Shown piece after piece: positions 47,901 through 55,702 of a stretch of DNA of 64,000 nucleotides. This DNA is from a virus. Within the stretch, counting starts at the first letter, position 1. Each line of letters starts with the position of its first letter. Location of the stretch: the IMG/VR virus record IMGVR_UViG_2547132402_000007, positions 16,805 to 80,804 of that record. The stretch is one strand, 5' to 3'. Position numbers and translations under genes: made by a program. The notes beneath the pieces are model-generated. The model was not told the DNA's origin. It worked only from the letters and a program-made list of their open reading frames with translations, and did no database searches.

Positions 47901-48795
47901 GATCGACCGCCTCTGCTGGGTGTTTTTTCAATACCCACACGTCGGTGGCTGTTTCTGTGCCTGCGTTTTCGAAAGTGGTTGATGGCATCCTGTGTGCCCC
48001 CAGAAATTCCGCTTTTCGAGAGAGCGCCGCTCGGAATTTCTTGTGTGAGCTGCCGGACGTCATGCCATACGGGACAATAACGCAGATCAGCCCATTAGGC
48101 TTGGTCTTGTCGATCATGCGTTGGACGAAGTAGCGGCCAATATTGCTTTCGTCTTTGTACTCAGGATCCAGGTAGGCAGTCGGGCGGCCTTCGCCAAATG
48201 GCACGTTCCCAATCGAGAAGTCAAAGGTCCCATCTGGCGTGTTGGCTGCGGTTCGTTCGAAGGCGCCGCTGGCGACTTTATCCTCCGGGTGTAACAGCTG
48301 GTTTATTTTGGCGGATAGTGGATTGAGTTCGGCCGCCGTCATGATGGCACTGGCCGGTTTCGTTTCATTAAAAATGCCTGTGCCAGCGGACGGTTCTAGA
48401 CCGTTCCCTACGTCCGCTCCGTAAACACTGAGCAGATCCCACATCCCTTGAGCAACATGTTCCGGGGTATAGTATTCGAATTGCTTACCGGTCCCATCGG
48501 TGCCCAAATCACCCTTGAGGCCCCCTTCACCGGTATAGCCGGCCAGCACGCGCTTTTGCTCGTCAGTCAGTACCGAATGCTCATCCAGCATATTCAGGAG
48601 CGCGATCGCTGCGGTGTTTGCTGCAATGCGAGCTTTAGAGATACTCACGCCAGGCTTTTTCTGTACCCCATACTCGATCCGCTGGCGGATGGTTGTGACG
48701 GCTCGGATCCTGCGGGCTAGGTTTACATGGCTGGTGGCTTCTTCCACCAGCGCGCAGGCTTTCTTCACGCGGTTAGGGCTGTTTAAGTTCCCCAC
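41929..48795 (-). CDS. darB: DarB: DNA methyltransferase plus SNF2-type helicase virion antirestriction protein
   Basis: LAGYTGEGG, EYYTP, GLEPSAGTG, IGNVPF (MTase); AFGTGLGKT, IVDEGHNY, LTATP, VGINL, QRNGRGAR (SF2 helicase); 2288 aa. Confidence 0.95.
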   Translation of the reverse strand: MGNLNSPNRVKKACALVEEATSHVNLARRIRAVTTIRQRIEYGVQKKPGVSISKARIAANTAAIALLNMLDEHSVLTDEQKRVLAGYTGEGGLKGDLGTDGTGKQFEYYTPEHVAQGMWDLLSVYGADVGNGLEPSAGTGIFNETKPASAIMTAAELNPLSAKINQLLHPEDKVASGAFERTAANTPDGTFDFSIGNVPFGEGRPTAYLDPEYKDESNIGRYFVQRMIDKTKPNGLICVIVPYGMTSGSSHKKFRAALSRKAEFLGAHRMPSTTFENAGTETATDVWVLKKHPAEAVDRIANASSNELAEANILWDTFISGRWFEKDGKRFIHGSEEVTGAGKFRRLAVKSNGITNEQVKKSLAHRFDSRINWDLLEFTPETAPHIYAEGERRVINGRWHKLTLGSWDPEALDMTKPLDASRYGATDASALQTLLKSTAGTLTLPLAQIKNIAADFPHMIDDTTRRAMEFAKQQKPAAQERVFRGHMLGQSINNLSDSIALLGNGHEHVQAIREDIRRLVAKENDRYGITKNDRLLRSLNGPGAGQWLSFVNATSSTGELSDLLSNSLDVMNGVQLDTEDINAVLHHLYGNAISGEVSLADFRELYTGKLPSDDMAALCFLANQDGIAITPGGQLTKFERATSGNIQGVTASIMEALQAAPADAIKQNLQLQLQAIERKRKKTKPEDITFSMGARWMDRSIIAEFLQSEGYDKLRYIKSEKVENGILTSEDYQGKDGIFVGYTRSSIFDKNEGCQVYKEIDRSGENFERQLEHWLNGRKPRGVNAAAYSARIREMEARFDQFIRQHDDFENVVSEYNESFNFYIPFEHSDADLQLKSASGERLPFSYQNSAIRRLSEDGRGILAFGTGLGKTTTALALMAYNYEQGRSKRTCIVVPKAVLENWYHETREFYNADAFRHMLFIGLDVVANDDGSIQRIPVLDENGQQRINKLTGTPVMRDNVTLSDAKTITARMHSVPHSNWRTVIMTKEQYAKLPLREETISDHTSQVMYDFAEAGKVSLTADGHRAAAQRANLKAKASDTGTDKNQEYPYFEDMGFDSVIVDEGHNYRNSFSLGRESAGLAYLPSANVAKSARDMALKNQYLMKKFSGRGTVMLTATPAVNSPVDAYNMLSHVMTQEEWQSIGVYTPDDFIRVFGEVESVIRQTLAGDAVSQDGLVGFKNLDGLRGIFHRWVNLKSADDVGKVVKIPNLEESNVEAPMSDEQEDIYTNLRQRAKWATMTPLERQAAQLMGMEPPLDIDGNEIEKDEIFSIIRDMDRVCSDLDLYYHRMTFRFPLNDADAVRALADDLPKTIRIEQENSAGEIETVNTTANIAITTSDKAIELVVPESFEAEVTKRLKKFQLHDVTHPMVPKYAAMLANLKKHYDAGGKQIIFSDEKSQHGKLTRLIAQYLSIDAKEIGIINATSVAERGKPASRLKKPKAPGKNAPAEDIAAYETALDAYNAEMGEGSLSGLEAIAADYNEGRTRIVICNKKAEVGINLHQGTTAIHHLTLPWTPASIAQRNGRGARVGASQEKVDVYYYCGKGSFDEFRLETLKRKAAWINELFTSDETKMRNADADSAQDVGLLLAENDTERREKMEEARQEIARKMMEAAKSSAKISLQRYLKATAAANEGIESLTENEQTCQENLNLAEKKLAQKQAMYDELLAKKAMLKATVEANPEKRKELAWDINYNNRQLKESAEVLALFEKGANTHRRRLLSATRKVNRAKSADSEIKRLAPVIKSAIEKGLINADSDLLLHPEQYILVDGEPVRIGAFYDEKFWTDDKGKIMGNRLLVVKALSFDQDENTITVEAVHRPNGVYTISAGSRFIIPAYDFSRRFTPASYTEDDAALLRDLEKPQSPTAIVLRVGAEKAARLMQEGRLTINMVSSLVFNAEGNLAVVNRITTPEELRSLYLPEEGESGLRSTAAKLAFDQYGNTVNPEQMAYIFGPDWERVAKEYLAPGNDEDIEQFAKEQAAHARRLAISSMLEQGYAGTLYLNGEASITTDQLWCIEDSFLPKNVSNPEAFKEAATLAVKGVADLIAQEGQESAKNDSQERMDDFRTLLDNTDAQIKMRRHSLHNLDSIPPSYRETIRILDTHSNGASIRDNIIHYPQVLADLVTLGYLSKDEITLSDMASYQALKNIAAAALDRMCVDEEKEQEKKADTVSASALLEQPEPKERATSDDVLSLAASLNLQCKLNSKPVRTRRFTFEPGEAWGLHDPNGLNGILYNNKEGDDGIKARYGAVWYKPKRAYAEALEFEGGWWLIPAKHDISDVLTHLSTK

Positions 48796-48902
48796 GATAA
48801 CCCCTTAATTTGTTGTTTATTGCTTGAAAGGTTTATTCTTTCGCCGCGCGCGGTGTAATTATCCTAACGAAATGCGGAAATTACAAAGGGGGACTGGTTT
48901 CC

Positions 48903-50555
48903 ATGCCAGCCAAAGACAAGATATCTGCGTTTGTACGCATTTTTACTGGGTATAACCCAGCCGATCAGGATGACTATTCAACTGGTTATCAGGTAGGTGG
49001 TGGGTCAGCCGTAGGTTACACGCCAACAGCGGCGGCGATAGGCTCTAGGAGTGGAGAGTCTCTGGATGGATTGGGAACCGTCACGGGAGAGTTTGTCGCA
49101 GAGCCTGAATTACCGCTGGACCGTTTTTCTCGCTATGTCGAGTATGAACGTATGGCGAGGGATCCTACCCTGGCAGAAGGTTTGTCGATTCACTTAACAC
49201 ACGCGTTATCTGTGAATAAACGGACTGGGCTGAGCTTTGAAATCGTGCCAGCGGGCGATGATCTAGCTGTGGCAAAAGAGCTCATGGATGATATTGGCTT
49301 CAAGCTGAATAAGTTGATGGTCGGATGGGCTCGAACTATGTGTGTTTACGGCGTCTCATATATTCGCCCACACATTGCTGATGGAGCGGGGATTACCCAT
49401 TTTGAGAGTAATTACTACACGCTCCCGAGGTTTGTCCGTGAGTATGAGCGCGCAGGCGCACTGGCTGGGTTTACTTGTGAACATTTTATTGAACCTGGTG
49501 GTATCCGGTTCCGGCTGAGCCAACCTTGGGACCTCATCCCATTGAAAATTCCATATTGGGCGCCTGACTCTATGCAGATGCCGATCCAACAGGGTAGCGA
49601 GCCATTCAGTCTGCTGACTGATCCGAAGGAGCGGGTGCCACAAGAAACGCAGAACTACGGCACCAGCCTATTTGAGAATACGTTTGGTCCATACAGTGAG
49701 TTCAAACAGGCCATGCGCAGCCTGAAAGGTGCTAGGCAGATTAGCGGCAACATCGAGCGTCTGATTGGGTTGAATACCGACTCGTTGGATCCTGTCCGTG
49801 CTGCGTCGTATGTGAATACGATCGCTGCCACATTAAAGCGTTCGGCTGAAAGCTCCATGAAGGCGCTACAGCGGCGGGGGATTCTGCCGACAGTATTCAA
49901 TCGGCTGCTTCCCATCATGGGTGGCGGTAAAGGGGGGATGACCGTAGACACGCAGGTCTACAATGCCGATATCCAGCACATCGAAGACGTTATGATGCAC
50001 ATGCGTCGAATGGCATCGAGCATTGGCCTGGACATATCTATGCTGGGATGGTCTGACATGCTGGCTGGTGGCTTAGGTGAGGGCGGTTTTTTTCGGACTA
50101 GCCTGCAAGCGGCGATGCGTGCCCAGTGGATCAGGATGGCGGTTCAGACGTTTATCGAGCGAGCTATCGAGATTCACATGGCTGTGAAGCATGGGAAGGT
50201 TTTCACTGACGCTTATCGACCATACAAGGTGGTGTTTAATAGCCTCAACAACGCAATTCAGGAGGAGGAGAATGTGGAGCGTGCCAGCCGGGCAGAGTAT
50301 TCGAGTATGGTCGTTACGATCCTCGATACCATTCAAAATGGCAGCCTGGCTCACTCGGAGACGTTTAAGCGCCTCATTCTGGGTAATGTATTGGACGTTG
50401 ATGAGAAGCAAATTGATAGCGTGATCAAGGAGCTGGCCTCGGCAGTGACAGAGCAGGGTGAGGATGCTGCTATGTTTGAATCTCTGATGCGGAATCAGAT
50501 CAGCCGAGATGAGCTGGAGCAAATTATTCGAGATACTTTGTTGCCGGCGCGGTAA
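48903..50555 (+). CDS. prt: Portal protein Prt
   Basis: LPLDRFSRY..YERMARDPT, YGVSYIRP, NYYTLPRFVREYER, GLGEGGFFRTS; divergent from darB as in P1. Confidence 0.9.
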   Translation: MPAKDKISAFVRIFTGYNPADQDDYSTGYQVGGGSAVGYTPTAAAIGSRSGESLDGLGTVTGEFVAEPELPLDRFSRYVEYERMARDPTLAEGLSIHLTHALSVNKRTGLSFEIVPAGDDLAVAKELMDDIGFKLNKLMVGWARTMCVYGVSYIRPHIADGAGITHFESNYYTLPRFVREYERAGALAGFTCEHFIEPGGIRFRLSQPWDLIPLKIPYWAPDSMQMPIQQGSEPFSLLTDPKERVPQETQNYGTSLFENTFGPYSEFKQAMRSLKGARQISGNIERLIGLNTDSLDPVRAASYVNTIAATLKRSAESSMKALQRRGILPTVFNRLLPIMGGGKGGMTVDTQVYNADIQHIEDVMMHMRRMASSIGLDISMLGWSDMLAGGLGEGGFFRTSLQAAMRAQWIRMAVQTFIERAIEIHMAVKHGKVFTDAYRPYKVVFNSLNNAIQEEENVERASRAEYSSMVVTILDTIQNGSLAHSETFKRLILGNVLDVDEKQIDSVIKELASAVTEQGEDAAMFESLMRNQISRDELEQIIRDTLLPAR

Positions 50556-50595
50556 TATCCGCACGCCTTCTCGCTGCGCGGCGGTGGAGGTCTAT

Positions 50596-51624
50596 ATGCT
50601 TAAATCGGATAGTTTTTCCCTGCTGAAGAATGCTCGTAAGTATGGGGCTAATGAGCGGCGTTATGCCATCGATAAGGTGGGCAAGCTCTTTCAGTCCCCG
50701 AGTGTCAAAGAGTCCCTGCGCCTGCGTGAGCTATACGGCTATTACGGACACGGCCTCCGTGAAATGATCGGCTCTCTCGATGTGCCTGAAGTTGCCGTTA
50801 TTAAGGTGAACGGTAATTCTATTGTCACCAATACAGTCCCTTCCAACGTGTGTGTCGCTCTGGATATCGATGAAGATACCGGAGTGATTACGCATACCGA
50901 GGAGGTCCTGGACACCGATCCCGGTAAAATCGTGCAATCGATGTTGAAGGGGGAGGTCGGTGGCTGGAGCTGGGCTACGTCTGGGAAGGATGGCTACTTC
51001 TCCATTCCAACGTGTATTAAGGGCTTCGACTATGTTGTTCAGCCGAACTATATCAGCCTGCTGCACCCAGCCAGCGAAGGGATGATGAATGAGTCTGCTA
51101 GTGGAGCTGGTGGCCGTTACAGTGAGCAGGGCGTTATGTTCCTGGAGTCAATGCGTTCCGCTGGTTACGGTCAGGAGGCTGTGGATGCCATTGTTGAGGA
51201 TATGCGGAACCGCGCAGTGGATTTGGATCTGATCGCTCATTTCCGTGAGCAGACCATGATCTTGGAGTCTGTTCGTGAACTGGAGGCTCTGGAGTTTGCG
51301 AAGGACCGCGCCGATCTGGAGAAGGAGCTCGATGAGCTGAGGGCACTGAATGAGCGCCGCACCGCTATGTTTTTGGATTCTGTCGAACGCTTGCCGGTAT
51401 TTATGAGTCAGGAGCAACGCCAGGCTTTGAGTCGGATGGCAAGTGATAGCGATTTTGCCGTCGTTCGCACGTTATTTGAGTCCGTGCGCAAACTGCCCAA
51501 TGGCCAAGTCCCAAATATTGGCCAACCGGAGCGATCACCGATAATTCGACCAACGGTAAGCAACCAGGATGAGCAGGGTATGAATCTGACCTTTAGCGCC
51601 CCCCAGGTCCCCAAATTCCAGTAA
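50596..51624 (+). CDS. pro: Prohead protease Pro
   Basis: GGAGG RBS; YGYYGHG, PSNVC, GGWSWA and GFDYVVQPNY. Confidence 0.88.
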   Translation: MLKSDSFSLLKNARKYGANERRYAIDKVGKLFQSPSVKESLRLRELYGYYGHGLREMIGSLDVPEVAVIKVNGNSIVTNTVPSNVCVALDIDEDTGVITHTEEVLDTDPGKIVQSMLKGEVGGWSWATSGKDGYFSIPTCIKGFDYVVQPNYISLLHPASEGMMNESASGAGGRYSEQGVMFLESMRSAGYGQEAVDAIVEDMRNRAVDLDLIAHFREQTMILESVRELEALEFAKDRADLEKELDELRALNERRTAMFLDSVERLPVFMSQEQRQALSRMASDSDFAVVRTLFESVRKLPNGQVPNIGQPERSPIIRPTVSNQDEQGMNLTFSAPQVPKFQ

Positions 51625-51641
51625 GGCTGGAACTATCAATC

Positions 51642-51667
51642 TACCCCGCTTTGTGCGGGGTTTTTTG
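51642..51667 (+). terminator. Terminator
   Basis: ACCCCGC-TTTGT-GCGGGGT plus T-run. Confidence 0.8.
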
Positions 51668-51670
51668 TTT

Positions 51671-51731
51671 CAATACCCACGGTGGGTATTGCGGTGTTGG
51701 CGGTGGGTATAACTGTGGTTATAATACCCAC
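51671..51731. promoter_or_regulatory. Operator array upstream of hicB
   Basis: CAATACCCAC-G-GTGGGTATTG (51671-51691) plus GTGGGTAT (51703-51710) and ATACCCAC (51724-51731). Confidence 0.65.
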
Positions 51732-51756
51732 GTAACGTTAAAAAAGAGAGGTATAC

Positions 51757-52164
51757 ATGAGATATCCAATCTATCTGCATCAAGCTGAGGATGGTTCATT
51801 TTCAGGGTTTGTACCTGATGTTGTGGGCTGTTATTTCGCTGGCGATACGATTGATGACGCAATTGCTGATGCGCAAAATGCGTTAAACACTTATTTTGAA
51901 TACACCACAGAAGCAGGTGAATATCCTCAACAAGCAAAAACTGTTGCCGACCACATGAACGACGAGGATTGTACTGGTGGTTCATGGGCTTATGTCGATA
52001 TCGATTTAACCAAGTATGACGGCAAAGCTGTCAAAATAAACATCACTCTCCCGCAGTTCTTATTGGCCCGCGTGGACGAGTATGTAAGCTCACATCGTGA
52101 ATATGTCAGCCGTAGTGGCTTTTTGGCTGAATTAGCTCGACGTGAGTTATCTAAGCACGCGTAG
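51757..52164 (+). CDS. hicB: HicB-family antitoxin with C-terminal RHH, no adjacent hicA
   Basis: YPIYLH..EDGSFSGFVPDVVGCYFAGDTIDDAIADA...KINITLPQFLL.RVD..V...SRSGFLAELA. Confidence 0.85.
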   Translation: MRYPIYLHQAEDGSFSGFVPDVVGCYFAGDTIDDAIADAQNALNTYFEYTTEAGEYPQQAKTVADHMNDEDCTGGSWAYVDIDLTKYDGKAVKINITLPQFLLARVDEYVSSHREYVSRSGFLAELARRELSKHA

Positions 52165-52184
52165 TACTATGTACTAATATCTCT

Positions 52185-52415
52185 CTAGTTAACGTTATTA
52201 AAACCCCGCTTAGTGCGGGGTTTTTTATTGCGGCGGAGCTGGTGGCGGGCACTTATCCCGGTGCCGGGTAGGGAGCTGGAGAGCCAAATACCTCGCCGCC
52301 CGATATTCACCTTCACGAATGGCAAGCCGATAGTGATCGACGCACCTGTCTTTGCCAGGTTGAGCCATAGGAATGGGAGTAGCTTGATCCTGCGTTGGAA
52401 TCGAATATGAGCCAT
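52185..52415 (-). CDS. DUF4236-family small basic protein
   Basis: IRFQRRIKLLPFLWLNLAKTGASITIG...VNIGRRG...SLPGTGIS. Confidence 0.8.
   Translation of the reverse strand: MAHIRFQRRIKLLPFLWLNLAKTGASITIGLPFVKVNIGRRGIWLSSSLPGTGISARHQLRRNKKPRTKRGFNNVN
52199..52226 (+). terminator. Terminator after hicB, inside the 3' end of the DUF4236 gene
   Basis: AAAACCCCGC-TTAGT-GCGGGGTTTTTT. Confidence 0.65.
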
Positions 52416-52427
52416 TACATGCCTGCC

Positions 52428-53366
52428 CTATGCTGTCACGCCACTACGGCGATATTGGCGAGGGGACTTTGTTGCCTGTTTCACGCAACGTGAGTTTGGC
52501 CTAGCCTGGCGCCGGCGAGCTCCTTCCCCAATGTAGAACGTCCAGCCGGTGATCCGCTTACCTGATTTTTCTGGCTCGTATGTGACAGTAGTCCCAAGGG
52601 AGTCGGAGACAACTGTCAGGGATGGAATGATGATGCGGGTATTGATCGCTGATGCCGTGTAGCTGGCAGGTACTTCCATGATCCGGCGAAACTCATCAAG
52701 GGTGCAAGTAAAGCGGCCAGTGCTGCGCCAGCTGTTCAGAACTTCAAACAGTCTGTAGGTGTAAACACATCGTATGGCGCACGCCTGCTTGAGCTTGTAC
52801 TGGGAAAAGTCACGGCGCAGGTGTTGCAGGAATGGGAAAACTTTAGGAGAGAAGGCCAGTTCCACGTAGCCTTTTTTCTTGTGATAGCTCGCAATATACA
52901 CCCAGCGATTACGACTACTGAGGCCAGTCGATGGAGAGAATGTCGTGAACTCACGATCGAATAGCCGATCGCACGCAGCCTTTAGGTCACGGTATGCGTG
53001 GGTAGGGTATAGGTCAAACAGTTCGGCGTATTCCATAGCGTGCAGGCGCAATACATGGTGGCCGCTCAAGTGGTCGGTAAGGGCGCTTCCATTCATGCCA
53101 TTCAGCATCGAGGCGCAGCAAACAATTACCCGCTTCTCATTCAAGCTAAGCCCATGTGCAGCGCGTACAAGGCTATTGTGCATCGTAACGATGTACTCAG
53201 CCATTTCTGCCCCGTGGGTGTCGTTGGCCGCGTCCAGCGCTTTTGGGATTTCCTCATTCGACAGCAAGCCACTATCGATGACTTGTTGCAGCATGTTGTC
53301 AGGCGTTGATTTGACCAGTGGAATGGTGACATCACCAAATTTCAGGATGGCGGTTGAAGGTTGCAT
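52428..53366 (-). CDS. Second replication initiator, Rep_3 (RepB/RepE-like)
   Basis: HNSLVRAAHGLSLNEKR, YRDLKAACDRL, RWVYIASY..KKGYVELAFS, FSQYKL, YTYRLFEVL. Confidence 0.88.
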   Translation of the reverse strand: MQPSTAILKFGDVTIPLVKSTPDNMLQQVIDSGLLSNEEIPKALDAANDTHGAEMAEYIVTMHNSLVRAAHGLSLNEKRVIVCCASMLNGMNGSALTDHLSGHHVLRLHAMEYAELFDLYPTHAYRDLKAACDRLFDREFTTFSPSTGLSSRNRWVYIASYHKKKGYVELAFSPKVFPFLQHLRRDFSQYKLKQACAIRCVYTYRLFEVLNSWRSTGRFTCTLDEFRRIMEVPASYTASAINTRIIIPSLTVVSDSLGTTVTYEPEKSGKRITGWTFYIGEGARRRQARPNSRCVKQATKSPRQYRRSGVTA

Positions 53367-53427
53367 TGCTACTTGTTTTGGGGGCGATTAGTACGATTTA
53401 AGGGATGGTAACAGACTCTACAGATAT

Positions 53428-53552
53428 GACCAGTTGCTTGTGTCCACAGGTCCTGTGGATAAGGTTGTGTGTAACCTGTGATACTGACAACCAATTTGTT
53501 TTTTTCAACAACCAAGTTGTGTTTTTTACCCTGATTTTTACGACCAAGTTGT
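53428..53552. other. Putative origin of the Rep_3 replicon
   Basis: DnaA box TGTGGATAA at 53454-53462 plus a degenerate box; AC(A/G)ACCAA(G/T)TTGT repeats at 53487, 53508 and 53540; AT-rich tract follows. Confidence 0.7.
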
Positions 53553-53928
53553 ATTTTTTGTGCTTGCTGAAATTGGCATGCAAGCCGCACCAGCCCTGCG
53601 ATTTAACATTTTTTTAAAAACCAGCAAGAAAGAAGATCTAAGAAACAAGGAAAGAAATTATTTTTTAGCAAAATTTCTTTAGTTTTTCTCTTTGTGTTAT
53701 TCGGATAATCATTCCGTTAGTATGTTGCAATAGCGCCGCTACCGCTTCCTGTAGCCTTTTCTCATGTATGGAAAGGTCATGACGCATGAGGTGATGGAAA
53801 ATCGCTTAGAAACGCTTACAGGCGGTTTAGCGATGTGTGGATATCTTTATTGATTTTTTATCGCCCTAGTCCATCCATTACCCACTTTTTCAGTGGGCTA
53901 GGGCGTACTTACAAAGGAGCAATTGGCA

Positions 53929-54420
53929 ATGGCACAGAAAGGCGTGAATAAAGTGATCCTGCTCGGGAACCTGGGGAACGATCCAGAGGTTCGCTACAGC
54001 CAGAACGGCACAGCAGTGGCAACTCTCACACTGGCGACGTCAGAGAGTTGGCGTGACAAGCAGAGCGGTGAGAGGAAAGAGCGCACCGAGTGGCACCGTG
54101 TTGCGCTGTACGGCAAGTTGGCGGAGATTGCCGGCGAGTATCTGCGGAAAGGCTCTCAGGTGTATATCGAGGGGCAGCTACGCACACGCAAGTGGAAAGA
54201 CCAAAGCGGCCAGGAGCGTTACACGACGGAAGTGGTTGTTGATATGGCTGGCACAATGCAGATGCTGAATAGCGCTCGCCAAGGAAGTGCGCCGGCAGCT
54301 GGTGGACAGGGACAAGGTAACTGGGGGGGCCAGCGTCAGGGGCACGCTACTCAGTCAGGAGGAGCGCAGGGGCAGCAGGGTGAGCCACCGGTTGATTTCG
54401 ATGACGATCTGCCGTTCTAA
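53929..54420 (+). CDS. ssb: Single-stranded DNA-binding protein
   Basis: [43 protein letters not shown] and DFDDDLPF tail. Confidence 0.97.
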   Translation: MAQKGVNKVILLGNLGNDPEVRYSQNGTAVATLTLATSESWRDKQSGERKERTEWHRVALYGKLAEIAGEYLRKGSQVYIEGQLRTRKWKDQSGQERYTTEVVVDMAGTMQMLNSARQGSAPAAGGQGQGNWGGQRQGHATQSGGAQGQQGEPPVDFDDDLPF

Positions 54421-54528
54421 ATTTATCGTTTTAAATACTCAAATTCTAACAAACATCCAAATAATTCAAGACATGACGCGCGGTCACGTTTATCATTCCC
54501 TGTATGAGAATGAAATGCGTGGCACAGA

Positions 54529-55698
54529 ATGGATAGATTCGTAGTAGATATACCCTGGGGACATAACGCCCTGGGGAACTTTGTGGATGCGGAAGAATTA
54601 CCGATCGTCTTGCTTCAGCAGCACATAATCACCTATTTGCAGTCGGAAATAGCCTCACAAACTGTCTGGTATCGGGCTACTAGGGAAGCAAATGTAAACC
54701 TTCGTAGTGAGGTTGATGTGTTGCGCGCAGCTGAGGCCAGATTTAAGGCTGAAGCCACGCCAAAAGCTCATCAAGTTGATCGCCTCCTGGCCGATAACAG
54801 TCAGCTTGAAACCGAGAATGCGCGCTTGAAAGCCGATAATCAGGCTCTATCTCTCACATCTGCACAATCTGACGTGCTTATTGCCAATCTGGCAGAGCAA
54901 AACATCGAGATCGACTTACTCAAAGGGGAAAATGCAGAGTTAAAGGCTCGCCTTAATGAGTCTAAAACCCTCATTGACTCGATGAGCGACACGATGGGCA
55001 TGATGGAAGATGCCATGCTCCGCACCAAGGCTCTTGCTCAACAAGACGCCCTACGCCTCAAGCAAGTTGATGGCGCCCTACTTACAATGACCAGAGATTT
55101 AAAACAGGAGAAGGAGACGAGTGCGGTACTTAGTACAGCAATCCGGGCTATGTCTCATGAACCGGTATTGAAAGTCGAGGGCAAGGGGCAGCTCCATTTG
55201 CTGGATGTGAACGACGTTGGTATCTATGCAGACTTAAAGTCTATGCTCGGGACGAATGGGAGCCTATGGATCTGGGTTGATATCGACGGCTACGGTCATC
55301 CCGTTGGCCTGAATGAGCAGGGTGATCTTGTCACCGGCACAAAGTCAGCAACCTACTTCTCCCGCCGGATCGGTAAAGCCGCTCGTGTTGAACTGATTGA
55401 TACGTTGCTCCGCTTTGATAAGTCGTATTTCGATACCGTGCTGGCGTTGGTGATGGAATGCTATGCTGAGCTTTGCATCAATGGCACACGGCTGAAGGAG
55501 GATATTGTAGCGCTGGTGAAAGGTCTGGAGCTACTGCCGGAGCGGGAGGTTAAGTATCGGCAATTGGCCGCGTTACAGTCCAAGCTGAGCGAGCTGAAAA
55601 AGCAGCGTAACACAGCGGTGACTCGGTTTCGTGCGCGGTTGGTATCAGGTGTTAAGCCCACCAGCCAGAAAAAGACAAACAAGAGAAAGCGGAAGTAA
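54529..55698 (+). CDS. Hypothetical coiled-coil protein
   Basis: 389 aa with long heptad region and basic C-terminus. Confidence 0.75.
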   Translation: MDRFVVDIPWGHNALGNFVDAEELPIVLLQQHIITYLQSEIASQTVWYRATREANVNLRSEVDVLRAAEARFKAEATPKAHQVDRLLADNSQLETENARLKADNQALSLTSAQSDVLIANLAEQNIEIDLLKGENAELKARLNESKTLIDSMSDTMGMMEDAMLRTKALAQQDALRLKQVDGALLTMTRDLKQEKETSAVLSTAIRAMSHEPVLKVEGKGQLHLLDVNDVGIYADLKSMLGTNGSLWIWVDIDGYGHPVGLNEQGDLVTGTKSATYFSRRIGKAARVELIDTLLRFDKSYFDTVLALVMECYAELCINGTRLKEDIVALVKGLELLPEREVKYRQLAALQSKLSELKKQRNTAVTRFRARLVSGVKPTSQKKTNKRKRK

Positions 55699-55702
55699 CA
55701 GA

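Noticed and set aside
42098-48808. Many plus-strand ORFs opposite darB
   Set aside because: Antisense shadows of one continuous 2288-codon gene.
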